Source of the DNA: a virus
Taxonomy: Duplodnaviria; Caudoviricetes
IMG/VR virus record: IMGVR_UViG_3300038974_000531
Coordinates: 1 to 33,629 of that record
DNA: 33,629 nucleotides
Direction: 5' to 3' (one strand)
The notes beneath the pieces were generated by a model, which worked only from the letters and a program-made list of their open reading frames with translations, searched no databases and had not been told where the DNA came from. Shown one piece after another: positions 8,737 through 17,793 of the stretch (position 1 is the stretch's first letter; every line of letters begins with the position of its first letter). The position numbers were made by a program, and so were the translations under genes.

Positions 8737-8988
8737 ATGGCAGCAAGGAAGAAAGGCCGGCAGGTGGTAGTCACCTTGAGCACCGAGGAGTATATCAAGC
8801 TCTCGATGTTCGGAAGGATGTATGGCGAGAGTGTGGCCAAGATGGCCAAGCGATCGGTTGGAATGTACCTGGGGTATCTGGACAACCAGTTGAAAAAGGC
8901 TGCCGATCAGCGGCTGAAAGAGCTTGCCGAGCAAGGTGTGACCATCAGTGTGGGTGTCTCGCAGAAGGAGGCCAAGGATGGAGAGTAA
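8737..8988 (+). CDS. hypothetical protein, possible ribbon-helix-helix DNA binder
   Basis: AAGGAGG RBS; RQVVVTLSTEEYIKL beta-strand/helix pattern. Confidence 0.5.
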   Translation: MAARKKGRQVVVTLSTEEYIKLSMFGRMYGESVAKMAKRSVGMYLGYLDNQLKKAADQRLKELAEQGVTISVGVSQKEAKDGE

Positions 8989-9475
8989 GTGCAGGCATTG
9001 CAAGATCGGCACCTATGAGCACCAGGTTACCCGCTACAACCCGTCCAATGGTTCGGCGATCGGTATCGACCGGTGCATCGTCAAGGAGATCGAGGAGCTT
9101 TGGGCTTCCGGCATCCGTACAACCGGCAGTTGCTGCGGCCATGGCATCCTACCTGGCATGGTGAATGTGGTCGAGGCTGACATGGAGAAGATGCTTGCCC
9201 TTGGTTATATCGGCGGACGCAACCTGTACGGTGCTCCGACCTACGCCCTGCATGCCCAGTGTGGGACCATGGGCATAACGTTCGAGGATATCCGGTACCC
9301 CGAGCACCTGGGGCCGTTGGCCGACCAACCCATAGCGATCCTCTTGGAGGGACTGTCCCTCATCGAGGTGGCGCTGGTGACCGGCAACATTCGCCTGGCG
9401 CTCCGCTTCGAGCGATCGCTGGCGACGGCATTGCAACCCTACTTCAAGGAGGTAAGTGAGAAGTATGGCAAATGA
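8978..9475 (+). CDS. hypothetical protein with IDxCI...GIRTTGSCCGHG motif
   Basis: AAGGAG RBS before ATG 8978; Cys/His cluster. Confidence 0.55.
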   Translation: MESKCRHCKIGTYEHQVTRYNPSNGSAIGIDRCIVKEIEELWASGIRTTGSCCGHGILPGMVNVVEADMEKMLALGYIGGRNLYGAPTYALHAQCGTMGITFEDIRYPEHLGPLADQPIAILLEGLSLIEVALVTGNIRLALRFERSLATALQPYFKEVSEKYGK

Positions 9476-9677
9476 TTATCAAGACCAGTACGAGAAGGTG
9501 ACCCTTGAGTTCTCTTCCGACTTCATGAAGGAGCTGCGGGACCTGGTTGCCAATACCAGAACGCAGAGCGGTGCCACGGTCACTGTGGAAGAGTTCCTGG
9601 AGGTGCAGGTTGAGCAGATGGTTGAAGGGTTTCTGGAGATGATCCGAAAGAAGAGGGCTGAAAAAGATGGCAAATGA
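9465..9677 (+). CDS. hypothetical protein
   Basis: Packed ORF overlapping both neighbours. Confidence 0.5.
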   Translation: MANDYQDQYEKVTLEFSSDFMKELRDLVANTRTQSGATVTVEEFLEVQVEQMVEGFLEMIRKKRAEKDGK

Positions 9678-9966
9678 TTATGACTGCGCTTCCCAGCAAC
9701 GGCTGCTGAAGCTGATCGAGACTATGGCGGGTTCGGAGATCGACGGCCAGACGGCTGCCGATCTGGCGAGGAAGATGGAGGTGTCCACCACCGCCACCTT
9801 CCGGGACCTGCAGAACCTGCAGACTGCCTTGTGGGCGGAGCAGCTGGAGGACGGGCGCTGGCGCCTCACCCCCAATGCAGCGCGGCTCTTGAGGCGGATC
9901 ACCGACAACATCAACACGGCCATGCGCCGGATCAACAAGGTCCACCAGGACTACATGGGGGTATGA
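9667..9966 (+). CDS. IclR-like winged-HTH DNA-binding protein
   Basis: QQRLLKLIETMAG...TAADLARKMEVSTTATFRDLQNL...AEQLEDGRWRLT, a pattern common in Mu-like early regions. Confidence 0.7.
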   Translation: MANDYDCASQQRLLKLIETMAGSEIDGQTAADLARKMEVSTTATFRDLQNLQTALWAEQLEDGRWRLTPNAARLLRRITDNINTAMRRINKVHQDYMGV

Positions 9967-10343
9967 GGATGGCTAATGGCACACCGGAGAAAACAGACCC
10001 GCGAATAGAGCGTGACTATCAGATTTTCAGAAGGTTCCAGGATCTTGAGAAATTGTACAATGAACGGGGAATAGTTGATCTGAAAATTGATGATGCAAGG
10101 ATTGAGGCTGGAATCATTCTGTTTACACTCATCGCTGATTGTGAATCAGAGAAGGTGTTCGATTACAATCTTGACAGATTGCGTGTTTCTCGTTTTGAAG
10201 CAGAGTATTTTATGATGCTTGCTCTTCAACCGCTTCACGAAAGGCATCCAAAAACTGCAATCGTATGGGTTAAGAAGTTTTTTGCATGGCAGGAAAAATA
10301 TAGAACCGCCAAGAATGCTCGGTCTATGGAGGGTGGAAAATGA
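9963..10343 (+). CDS. AT-rich hypothetical protein
   Basis: ATGA overlaps at both ends; visibly lower GC than its neighbours. Confidence 0.55.
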   Translation: MRMANGTPEKTDPRIERDYQIFRRFQDLEKLYNERGIVDLKIDDARIEAGIILFTLIADCESEKVFDYNLDRLRVSRFEAEYFMMLALQPLHERHPKTAIVWVKKFFAWQEKYRTAKNARSMEGGK

Positions 10344-11350
10344 AAGCTGAAAAAATCACCAACCCGGCAACCAAGGAAGTTGACATCGATGTCAACTTTG
10401 AAGATGGAAGCAAGCCCAAATCGGACAACGTTGTCCGATTTGGAAACGACGGCAATACCTCCGGCCTGGTCGCACTGTCGAAGCAGGACCAACAGATCGA
10501 CAGCGTCTACGGCTTCATCGGGGAATACTCCTACGAGACCGATGTCTCCGGTCTGAAGGACGACCTTTCGGTTTCTGCGATGCGCATGCTGGCGGCCGGT
10601 TGCCGGCTGATCCGCATCAAGGAGCATGAGGAGAAGGGCAGGTTCATGTCTGCACTTGAGTCGGTTGGAATAGAGTACCGGGTAGCCAACAGGTTTATGA
10701 ACGCTGCAGCCAAGTTCGTCAACGACAAGGGGGCCGTGAAGTACCAGCGCCTTGCCCAGCTTAGTGTCACGAAAATCTATGACCTAGCCATGGAGGACGA
10801 CGAGCTGCTGAAGGAGCTGGAGGAAGGCCGCACGGTCGCCGGGCTGAAGCTTGCCGATGTGGATAGGATGAGTACCAGGGAACTTAGGGCGAAGCTGCGG
10901 GACATCAAGAAGGACAAGGCCGCATCCGAGGAGCTTGTGCGCCAGAAGAATGCGAAGATCGACGAGCTGGAGAAGAAGTTGATCGCCATGGAAGCCGAGG
11001 GCAAGCCGGCCGTCGACTGGTCGGCCCGATCGGCCGAGATACTCTCCGAGCTGAACAAGATTCTGATGGAGGCCTCCCAGCTCAACGGCCGGCTCAACGC
11101 CCTGGTGGACGAGATACACGGCATGGGGGAGACCGAGTGGACCAAGGAGGAGAGCGTGTGCCTGCAGCAGGCGAAGTTCGTGGCCTCCACGATCAGCGAC
11201 GACGCATCGGTCACTGTTGACCGGCTGGACTGGCTGGCGCCGAAGGTGAACGCCGCCTTCTTCCCGGGGCTGGACTTCGACCGCGGCCATGCCGACGAAG
11301 CCGACGAAGCCGACTACACCGTGGTCGGCGTCGAGGGGGAGGATGCGTGA
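10340..11350 (+). CDS. early protein preceding the transposase (DUF3102-like N-terminus plus coiled coil)
   Basis: AGCRLIRIKEHEEKGRF...GIEYRVANRFM...DVDRMSTRELR pattern and position. Confidence 0.6.
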   Translation: MKAEKITNPATKEVDIDVNFEDGSKPKSDNVVRFGNDGNTSGLVALSKQDQQIDSVYGFIGEYSYETDVSGLKDDLSVSAMRMLAAGCRLIRIKEHEEKGRFMSALESVGIEYRVANRFMNAAAKFVNDKGAVKYQRLAQLSVTKIYDLAMEDDELLKELEEGRTVAGLKLADVDRMSTRELRAKLRDIKKDKAASEELVRQKNAKIDELEKKLIAMEAEGKPAVDWSARSAEILSELNKILMEASQLNGRLNALVDEIHGMGETEWTKEESVCLQQAKFVASTISDDASVTVDRLDWLAPKVNAAFFPGLDFDRGHADEADEADYTVVGVEGEDA

Positions 11351-13038
11351 TGCTGCAGTCGTACCTACCGGTTATAGAGGCCGCCCCGCGAGGCGAGCGC
11401 GGGCGGATGATCGAGGACTTGAGCAGGCAGCTGGGGGTGAGCAAGGCCACCATCTACCGCAAACTTGACGAGGCCGGCTACTGCCAGGACCGCCAGAGGA
11501 GGGCCGACGCAGGCTCCACGGCGGTCGAGGAGCAGGCGCTTGCCGCCCTTGCCGCCTACATGAAGAGCGGCATCAGAAGCAACGACAAGGCCACCTTGGC
11601 CATCCCAACCGCCCGGCAGGTCTTGGAAGCCAGCGGGGTCGACTTCGGAGAGGTGACCAACTCCACCCTGGGCCGGCTGCTGCGCGAGCGCGGGCTGGAC
11701 GTGAAGACCCAGCAGGCGCCCGAGCCGTTCGTGCGGATGCGCAGCCTGTATCCCAACCACGTGCACCAGTGCGACCCGTCGGTCTGCCTGGTCTACTACC
11801 TTCCCAACGGCGGCCAGCACATCCTGGAGGAGCGCGAGGTGTACAAGAACAAGCCGTTTTTGTTGGGCAAGGAGAACCTCAAGGTGTGGCGCTACGTGCT
11901 GACCGACCACTACAGCGGCTCGATCTGCCACCGCTACTACCAGGTGGCCGGTGAGAACACCCTCACCCTCTGGGACTTCCTGCTGTACAGCTGGGCGAAG
12001 AAGGCCGATCCGCTGGATGCGTTCCACGGCCTGCCCGATCTGCTGGTCTGGGACAAGGGCAGCGCCAACTCATCCAAGGCGATCGCCAACGCGCTGAAGG
12101 GCCTGCGGGTGCAGACCTACGACCACAAGGTGGGAAACCCCAGGGCCAAGGGAAGCGTCGAGCGGAGCAACGACATTGTCGAGCGCCTGTTCGAGTCGCG
12201 CCTGAAGGCCCAGCCGGTGCGCAGCGTGGACGAGCTGAACGAGTATGCCGAGAAGTGGGACGCGCTGTACAACGCGGGCCTCATCAAGGGCTACGACAGC
12301 ACCCTGCGCCGCGCCAAGAGCAGCCGCCTTGACCTGTGGCTCACCATCCCGGTCGACAAGCTGCGCGAGCTTCCCGAGGGAGCGAGGAACCTTTTGGTGC
12401 CGGAGCCGGAGACCCGCCAGGTCCAGGGCGACTTGTCCGTCAGCTATGCGCACCCGCGCCTTGGGCGCAGCGGATCGTACAACCTGGGCAAGCTGCCGGG
12501 CATCCGTCCCAAGTTGGTGGTCAACGTGCAGCCGATCCTCACCGATCCCGATGGGGTGCTGCGCGTCAGCTACCAGTACCAGGGCGAGGAGATCACCGAC
12601 GAGATTTACCCGGTCCTCACCGACGAGGCGGGCTTCCCGCTGGACGCACCGGTGTGGGGGGTGGAGTTCAAGCGCCATCCGGACACCTACGTGCAGACGG
12701 CCGCCAAGAGCCTGGACGATCTGATCGGCGACGATAAGAAGCCGTTCGCCGGCTGGAACGAGGGCAACGGCATCGCCGCCCTGGATGCGATCCAAAGCAG
12801 CGACCCGTCGGTTGTGGCCATGCAGAAGACCGGCCGGCAGGCGACCCCGCCGCAAAGCCGCATCCGCATCTCCACCGTGGAGGCTGCCAAGGTGCTCAAG
12901 GCCCGCATGGGATGGTGGACGCCCGAATGCCTGCAGTATTTGCGCGACACCTATACCGACGGCGTGCCAGAGGCTGACATCGATGCGATCGAGCTGCGCC
13001 TTGGCGGGCAGAGGAGGCAGGCCGGATGTGTGGGTTGA
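11347..13038 (+). CDS. Mu-type DDE transposase
   Basis: N-terminal HTH (LGVSKATIYRKL), RRRADAG, HQCD...VWDKG...GNPRAKGSVER catalytic triad. Confidence 0.92.
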   Translation: MMLQSYLPVIEAAPRGERGRMIEDLSRQLGVSKATIYRKLDEAGYCQDRQRRADAGSTAVEEQALAALAAYMKSGIRSNDKATLAIPTARQVLEASGVDFGEVTNSTLGRLLRERGLDVKTQQAPEPFVRMRSLYPNHVHQCDPSVCLVYYLPNGGQHILEEREVYKNKPFLLGKENLKVWRYVLTDHYSGSICHRYYQVAGENTLTLWDFLLYSWAKKADPLDAFHGLPDLLVWDKGSANSSKAIANALKGLRVQTYDHKVGNPRAKGSVERSNDIVERLFESRLKAQPVRSVDELNEYAEKWDALYNAGLIKGYDSTLRRAKSSRLDLWLTIPVDKLRELPEGARNLLVPEPETRQVQGDLSVSYAHPRLGRSGSYNLGKLPGIRPKLVVNVQPILTDPDGVLRVSYQYQGEEITDEIYPVLTDEAGFPLDAPVWGVEFKRHPDTYVQTAAKSLDDLIGDDKKPFAGWNEGNGIAALDAIQSSDPSVVAMQKTGRQATPPQSRIRISTVEAAKVLKARMGWWTPECLQYLRDTYTDGVPEADIDAIELRLGGQRRQAGCVG

Positions 13039-14126
13039 AGACGCTTCTTGCCAAGGAAGGCATCACACAGGTGGAGCTTGCCGGCCATCTGGGATTGAGC
13101 AAGGCGGCGGTATGCCAGATCGCCAACTATGGGCAGTTCCCCAAGGGCCGCGAGGCCGAGACGAGGGATGCGATCAACAAGTTCCTGGACGCCCGAGGCG
13201 TACCGGTGAAGGATTTATGGAAAGGCGTCCGATCGGACGACGAGGAAGAAGCCAAGGAGGCATGCGTTATGTTGGGCATGAATGCGAAGAGACAGTTCAG
13301 ACTGGTACGTGACCCGTTCACCGATGATGTGACCGAGAGCAGGGACGTGTACCTGTCCGAGAGCGGCCGCTATGTGGCCGAGTACATGTACATGACGGCC
13401 AAGGCCGGCGGTATGCTGGCGGTGGTCGGCGAGAGCGGAAGCGGCAAGAGCACGCTGCGGCGCCTGCTGCTGGACCGCATCGACCGTGAGGGCCTCAAGA
13501 TCAAGGTGATCTTCCCCCGCTCCATCGACAAGGGCAAGCTCACCGCCTCCTCCATCTGCGATGCGATCGTCGCCGACTGCAGCGAGGACAGGCCGAAGCG
13601 CACCCTTGAGGCCAAGAGCCGGCAGATCGAGCGGGTGCTGACCGCATCGAGCAGGGCCGGATGGTCGCATGTGCTGATGATCGAGGAGGCCCACGACCTG
13701 GACGTGCGCACGCTGAAGTACCTCAAGCGGTTCTGGGAGTTGGAGGATGGCTTCAAGAAGCTGCTCTCGGTGATCCTGGTGGCGCAGCCGGAGATCAAGG
13801 GGATGCTGGACGAGAGCCGCAACCCCGAGGCGCGCGAGATCATCCGGCGCATGGAGGTTGCCGAGATCAGCCCGTTCGAGAACCCGGATGAATTGAAGGA
13901 ATACCTTACCCTCAAGTTCGCCCGTGTGGGCGTGAAGGCAGGCGAGGTGATGGACGAGGGTTGCTACCAGGCGATCCTGGACAAGCTGGTGAGGAAGACC
14001 CGCAGCGGGTACCGGTTGAACTACGCATACCCGCTTACGGTGAACAACATGGTCAAGAAGGCCATGAACACAGCCGCCGACATCGGCCAGAGCCTGGTGG
14101 ACGCGGAGACGATTGCAAGCATATAG
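13026..14126 (+). CDS. transposition ATPase (MuB/ExeA-like AAA) with N-terminal HTH
   Basis: Walker A GESGSGKS, Walker B LMIEEAH, directly after the transposase. Confidence 0.9.
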   Translation: MCGLKTLLAKEGITQVELAGHLGLSKAAVCQIANYGQFPKGREAETRDAINKFLDARGVPVKDLWKGVRSDDEEEAKEACVMLGMNAKRQFRLVRDPFTDDVTESRDVYLSESGRYVAEYMYMTAKAGGMLAVVGESGSGKSTLRRLLLDRIDREGLKIKVIFPRSIDKGKLTASSICDAIVADCSEDRPKRTLEAKSRQIERVLTASSRAGWSHVLMIEEAHDLDVRTLKYLKRFWELEDGFKKLLSVILVAQPEIKGMLDESRNPEAREIIRRMEVAEISPFENPDELKEYLTLKFARVGVKAGEVMDEGCYQAILDKLVRKTRSGYRLNYAYPLTVNNMVKKAMNTAADIGQSLVDAETIASI

Positions 14127-14140
14127 CAAGGGAGAGGAAT

Positions 14141-14776
14141 ATGGAAGATTACAAGTACAGGCAGACGATGAACGGGACCGAGTATTGGCTGGACCAGCGG
14201 GGCAGCCTGGTGCCCGCCGAGAAGATCGGCGAGCTGGACAAGCTGCGCGACGACGTGGTGCGCGAGATGCTGGGCGTTGCCCTGCCGCTCTCGGATGCCT
14301 TGAGGAAGGCCAAGGCAAGCGTGTACAGTACGCTGGACACCTTCCTGGCGATGAGCAGCGAGCAGTACGGTGTCAAGCGCAAGGGCACCAAGGGCAACGT
14401 CACCCTGCTCACCTTCGACGGCCGGTACAAGGTCGCCCTCTGCTACAACGATGTGTTCGCGTTCGACGAGCGGCTGCAGACCGCCAAGGAACTGATCGAC
14501 TCCTGCCTCATCCGCTGGGCCGACGGCGCTTCCGCCAATCTGGTGGCCGTGGTCAAGGAGGCTTTCCGGGTCGACAAGAAGGGCAAGCTGGACGTGAGGC
14601 GCATCCTTGAGCTGCGCCGCTATGAGATCCATGACGAGCAGTGGCGGCAGGCCATGGAGGCGATCAGCGACAGCATCACCGTGCAGAACACGCGCCGGTA
14701 TGTGCGCTTCTATGAGCGCCACGGGGAGGACGAGTGGAGGCAGGTTGCCCTGGACTGGTCCTCGATCACAGGGTAA
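14141..14776 (+). CDS. DUF3164 family protein (occupies the Gam position in many Mu-like phages)
   Basis: YWLDQRGSLVP, KGNVTLLTFDGRYKV, FDERLQTAKELIDSCL, AFRVDKKG motifs. Confidence 0.85.
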   Translation: MEDYKYRQTMNGTEYWLDQRGSLVPAEKIGELDKLRDDVVREMLGVALPLSDALRKAKASVYSTLDTFLAMSSEQYGVKRKGTKGNVTLLTFDGRYKVALCYNDVFAFDERLQTAKELIDSCLIRWADGASANLVAVVKEAFRVDKKGKLDVRRILELRRYEIHDEQWRQAMEAISDSITVQNTRRYVRFYERHGEDEWRQVALDWSSITG

Positions 14777-14781
14777 GGGGG

Positions 14782-15219
14782 ATGGCGATGAAGAGCAGCT
14801 GGCTGAAACTGATCCACGTGGCCAAGAGGCAGTGCAACCTGGACGACCAGAGCTACCGCGCCCTTCTGTCGGGGGCAGCCGGGGTCGACTCCGCAAGCGG
14901 CATCGAATCGGAGGCGCAGTTCAAGGCAGTCATGGACGCCTTCGGCCGCCTCGGCTTTGCCCGCAAGGACGGCAAGGTCTACTCGATTGACGACGACCAG
15001 ATGGCCAAGGCCTATGCCTTATGGTGCAACCTGCATGACTTGGGAGCGGTGGACAACCGCTCCTACGGCAGTTTCATGGCATGGGTGAAGCGCATGTATC
15101 CCCAGGACATTTTGCGCAAGGGCCAGAAGAGCCAGCTGATCGAGTCGCTCAAGCGCTGGGAGATTCGCGTGGACACGAAGCGGATGAACGAACTTGCAAA
15201 AGGGAGGATCAGCCGGTGA
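14782..15219 (+). CDS. gemA: GemA/gp16-like (DUF1018) protein
   Basis: LKLIHVAKRQCNLDDQSYRALL...LIESLKRW. Confidence 0.8.
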   Translation: MAMKSSWLKLIHVAKRQCNLDDQSYRALLSGAAGVDSASGIESEAQFKAVMDAFGRLGFARKDGKVYSIDDDQMAKAYALWCNLHDLGAVDNRSYGSFMAWVKRMYPQDILRKGQKSQLIESLKRWEIRVDTKRMNELAKGRISR

Positions 15220-15536
15220 GAAATGACATGGCAGCCGAGATGGTCGAGTCGGTGAAGAAGGTGGTCGGGGACGAGAGCCAGGCGACGCGCGTGGTGCGCC
15301 AGCTCCTGGCTGACTTTGGCGGTACGCAGGTGTACCTTCCAATGGTAGCGACTGCATTCCGCGACGAGCTGGAGGCCGAGGTGTACGACTCCTTCGACGG
15401 GTCCAACCAGCGCGAGATATGCACCCGCTACCAGATCAGCTTCACCACCCTGTACGCGATCATCAAGCGCGAACGTGAGAAGCGCATCGGTAAGCGCGAG
15501 GAGGACGCACAGGGCGTGCTGGATTTGACGGACTAG
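15216..15536 (+). CDS. Mor/C-family transcription activator
   Basis: FGGTQVYLP...VYDSFDGSNQREICTRYQISFTTLYAIIKR. Confidence 0.85.
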   Translation: MRNDMAAEMVESVKKVVGDESQATRVVRQLLADFGGTQVYLPMVATAFRDELEAEVYDSFDGSNQREICTRYQISFTTLYAIIKREREKRIGKREEDAQGVLDLTD

Positions 15537-15573
15537 TAATTTCATCACCTGGTCCACAGGATGCGCCTACGGC

Positions 15574-15594
15574 GTTCATAAACCGTTTATGAAC
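15574..15594. promoter_or_regulatory. perfect 21-bp palindrome, candidate protein-binding site
   Basis: GTTCATAAAC-C-GTTTATGAAC between the Mor-like gene and the late head operon. Confidence 0.55.
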
Positions 15595-15606
15595 CGGATT
15601 ACCAAC

Positions 15607-15644
15607 AGGGGTGACAAGCAGAATGCTTGCCACCCCTTCTCTTT
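15607..15644 (+). terminator. probable intrinsic terminator of the early/middle operon
   Basis: AGGGGTGACAAGCA-GAA-TGCTTGCCACCCCT (14-bp stem, one mismatch) followed by TCTCTTT. Confidence 0.6.
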
Positions 15645-15703
15645 GCCAAAAAAGTAAGGCGCATTACAAGGAATGTACGTGCGCAATGGTCCACTATGGC
15701 CCC

Positions 15704-16654
15704 ATGGCAGACAAGAACGTTTCACTGAATTCGTACTCGCTCACCTCCGACCCGCCGGCCTGGATGCTCCTGGTTCCGGCGGGTCTCGATGTGCCCGGCC
15801 GTGACGGCCGTTCATTCATCAATCCGGGTCCCTCCTCCCTCATCGACGCCTTCCGCTCCAATGGGGTGGACATCGTCGTCGACGTGGAGCACAGCAGCCA
15901 CACCCAGGCGGTGGAGGGCAAGCCCGCCCCGGCCTTCGGTTGGATCGTCGACCTTGAGGACAGAAGCGGCGAGCTGTGGGGGAAGGTGGAGTGGACCGAG
16001 GGCGGCAAAAACGCCGTCAGTTCTCGCGAGTACCGCTACTACAGCCCGGCCTACAGCTGCGATGCAGCGGCCAGGATCGTGCGGGTGGTTTCTGTCGGCC
16101 TCACCAATACGCCCAATTTGCGCCTGCCGGCGCTGAATAACCAAGGAGGGGATGTGATGGACAAATTCAAACAGGACGTTGCCGAGGCCATGGGCCTGAA
16201 GGCCGACGCCGCCGAACCCGATGTGATCGCCAAGGCCAAGGAGCTGGCGGGGGTCGTCTCGCTGAACCGTCAGCAGGACATGGTTCCCAAGACCGACCTC
16301 ACCCTTGCGCTCAACCGGGCGCAGACTGCCGAGACCGAGCTGGCCAACCTCAAGAAGGCCCAGTTCGAGGCCAAGAGGGACGAGCAGATTGACAAGGCGG
16401 TAGCCGACGGAAAGATCGCTCCGGCGAGCAAGGACTATTACAAGACTTCCTGCAACAGCGAGGAAGCCCTGGCCAAGTTCACCGAGTTCGTGGGGACGCT
16501 GCCCAATATCGTGACCAACGGCGAGCAGCCGCGTGCTGCCAATCCCGCAGGTGAGGTGGAGCTGAACGCCGAGCAGATCGCGTTCGCCGCCAAGCTCGGC
16601 ATCAACGCCGAGGATGCCAAGAAGTTCTACAAGGACTACAAGGAGAGTAAGTAA
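15704..16654 (+). CDS. prohead protease/scaffold (Mu gpI)
   Basis: VVDVEH, APAFGWI, LWGKVEWT, EYRYYSP, GLTNTPNL are Mu I protease motifs. Confidence 0.9.
   Translation: MADKNVSLNSYSLTSDPPAWMLLVPAGLDVPGRDGRSFINPGPSSLIDAFRSNGVDIVVDVEHSSHTQAVEGKPAPAFGWIVDLEDRSGELWGKVEWTEGGKNAVSSREYRYYSPAYSCDAAARIVRVVSVGLTNTPNLRLPALNNQGGDVMDKFKQDVAEAMGLKADAAEPDVIAKAKELAGVVSLNRQQDMVPKTDLTLALNRAQTAETELANLKKAQFEAKRDEQIDKAVADGKIAPASKDYYKTSCNSEEALAKFTEFVGTLPNIVTNGEQPRAANPAGEVELNAEQIAFAAKLGINAEDAKKFYKDYKESK
16157..16654 (+). CDS. in-frame internal scaffold protein (Mu gpZ-like)
   Basis: Strong AAGGAGG at 16143-16149 before an in-frame ATG right after the protease domain, as in Mu I/Z. Confidence 0.6.
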   Translation: MDKFKQDVAEAMGLKADAAEPDVIAKAKELAGVVSLNRQQDMVPKTDLTLALNRAQTAETELANLKKAQFEAKRDEQIDKAVADGKIAPASKDYYKTSCNSEEALAKFTEFVGTLPNIVTNGEQPRAANPAGEVELNAEQIAFAAKLGINAEDAKKFYKDYKESK

Positions 16655-17568
16655 TGGGTATCATCAAGAAAGAATTGTTGACCGACCTCTACGTCAATTT
16701 CTCGGGCCTCTTCAAGCAGGGACTTGCAAGCGCACCGTCGGTGTGGAAGAAGGTTGCCACCATGGTGCCATCCTCCGCGGCCACCACCGCCTACGGCTGG
16801 CTGGGCCGCTTCCCGCAGCTGCGCGAATGGGTGGGCGACCGTGTCATCAAGGATATGGTGGAGAACGCCTACATGCTGCCGAACAAGAAGTTCGAGGGCA
16901 CCGTTGCGGTGAGCCGCTCGGACATCGAGGACGACAACCTGGGCATGTATTCGCCTATCGTGCAGAGCATGGGCGAGGAGAGCGAACTGCACATCGACCG
17001 CAACGTGTTCTCCCAGCTGGGCCTTGGCTTGAGCGAGCTGTGCTACGACGGTCAGAACTTCTTCGACACCGACCACCCTGTGTACCCCAACCATGACGGT
17101 ACCGGAGTCGCCGTGTCGACAAGCAACATCATCAACCCGCTGGTGACCGACGGACCTGCCTGGTATCTTCTGGATGCCAGCAAGGTCATCAAGCCGCTGA
17201 TCTACCAGAACCGCAGCGCAGCGGAGCTTCAGACCATCAACGATCCGCAGAACGACGCCGTCTTCATGCGTGACGAATACCTCTATGGGGTACGCGCCCG
17301 CCGTGCGTTCGGCTTCAGCTTCTGGCAGATGGCCGTCATGAGCCGTGATGCGCTGAACGAGGAGAACTTCAACGCGGCCTACCAGGCGATGTGTTCCTTC
17401 AAGGCCGACGGCGGTGATCCCCTGGGCTTGCGCCCCACCATCCTGGTGGTGCCTCCCGCCCTGCGTGCCGATGCCAAGGCCCTTATCGAAGTGGAGCGCC
17501 TTGCTAATGGCGCATCCAACCCCAACTACAAGGTCGTCGAGGTTCTCGATACCGCGTGGCTGGCATAA
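16654..17568 (+). CDS. major capsid protein (Mu gpT family)
   Basis: YGWLGRFPQLREWVGDR, CYDGQNFFDTDHPV, WYLLDASKVIKPLIYQNR, GFSFWQMA. Confidence 0.95.
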   Translation: MGIIKKELLTDLYVNFSGLFKQGLASAPSVWKKVATMVPSSAATTAYGWLGRFPQLREWVGDRVIKDMVENAYMLPNKKFEGTVAVSRSDIEDDNLGMYSPIVQSMGEESELHIDRNVFSQLGLGLSELCYDGQNFFDTDHPVYPNHDGTGVAVSTSNIINPLVTDGPAWYLLDASKVIKPLIYQNRSAAELQTINDPQNDAVFMRDEYLYGVRARRAFGFSFWQMAVMSRDALNEENFNAAYQAMCSFKADGGDPLGLRPTILVVPPALRADAKALIEVERLANGASNPNYKVVEVLDTAWLA

Positions 17569-17580
17569 GGGGGGTGATCC

Positions 17581-17793
17581 GTGGCTGAGAAGAAAAGCAT
17601 CAGGATCGTAGCCCGCCACGTCCGCGGCAAGTCGCCGGTGCCTTCCTATCGGAGGGCCGGCATTGTCCTTGGATTGACCGATGCGGAGTACGAGGTGACC
17701 GAGGAACAGCTTGCAGCCCTCAAGGCTGACAAGCTTGTCAAGCTGGCGGTGAAGACCGAGGCGAAGGCCTCCGGCAAGGATGAGAAGAAATGA
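17581..17793 (+). CDS. small head-associated protein (HI1506/gp35-like)
   Basis: YRRAGI...VTEEQLAALKADKL motif; follows the capsid gene. Confidence 0.65.
   Translation: MAEKKSIRIVARHVRGKSPVPSYRRAGIVLGLTDAEYEVTEEQLAALKADKLVKLAVKTEAKASGKDEKK

Noticed and set aside
11291-11314. 9-bp tandem repeat GCCGACGAA x2.7
   Set aside because: In-frame low-complexity acidic tail (ADEADEAD) with no sign of a separate function
13026-14126. ExeA-like ATPase as a type II secretion component
   Set aside because: Its position directly after the DDE transposase and its N-terminal HTH indicate the MuB-equivalent transposition ATPase
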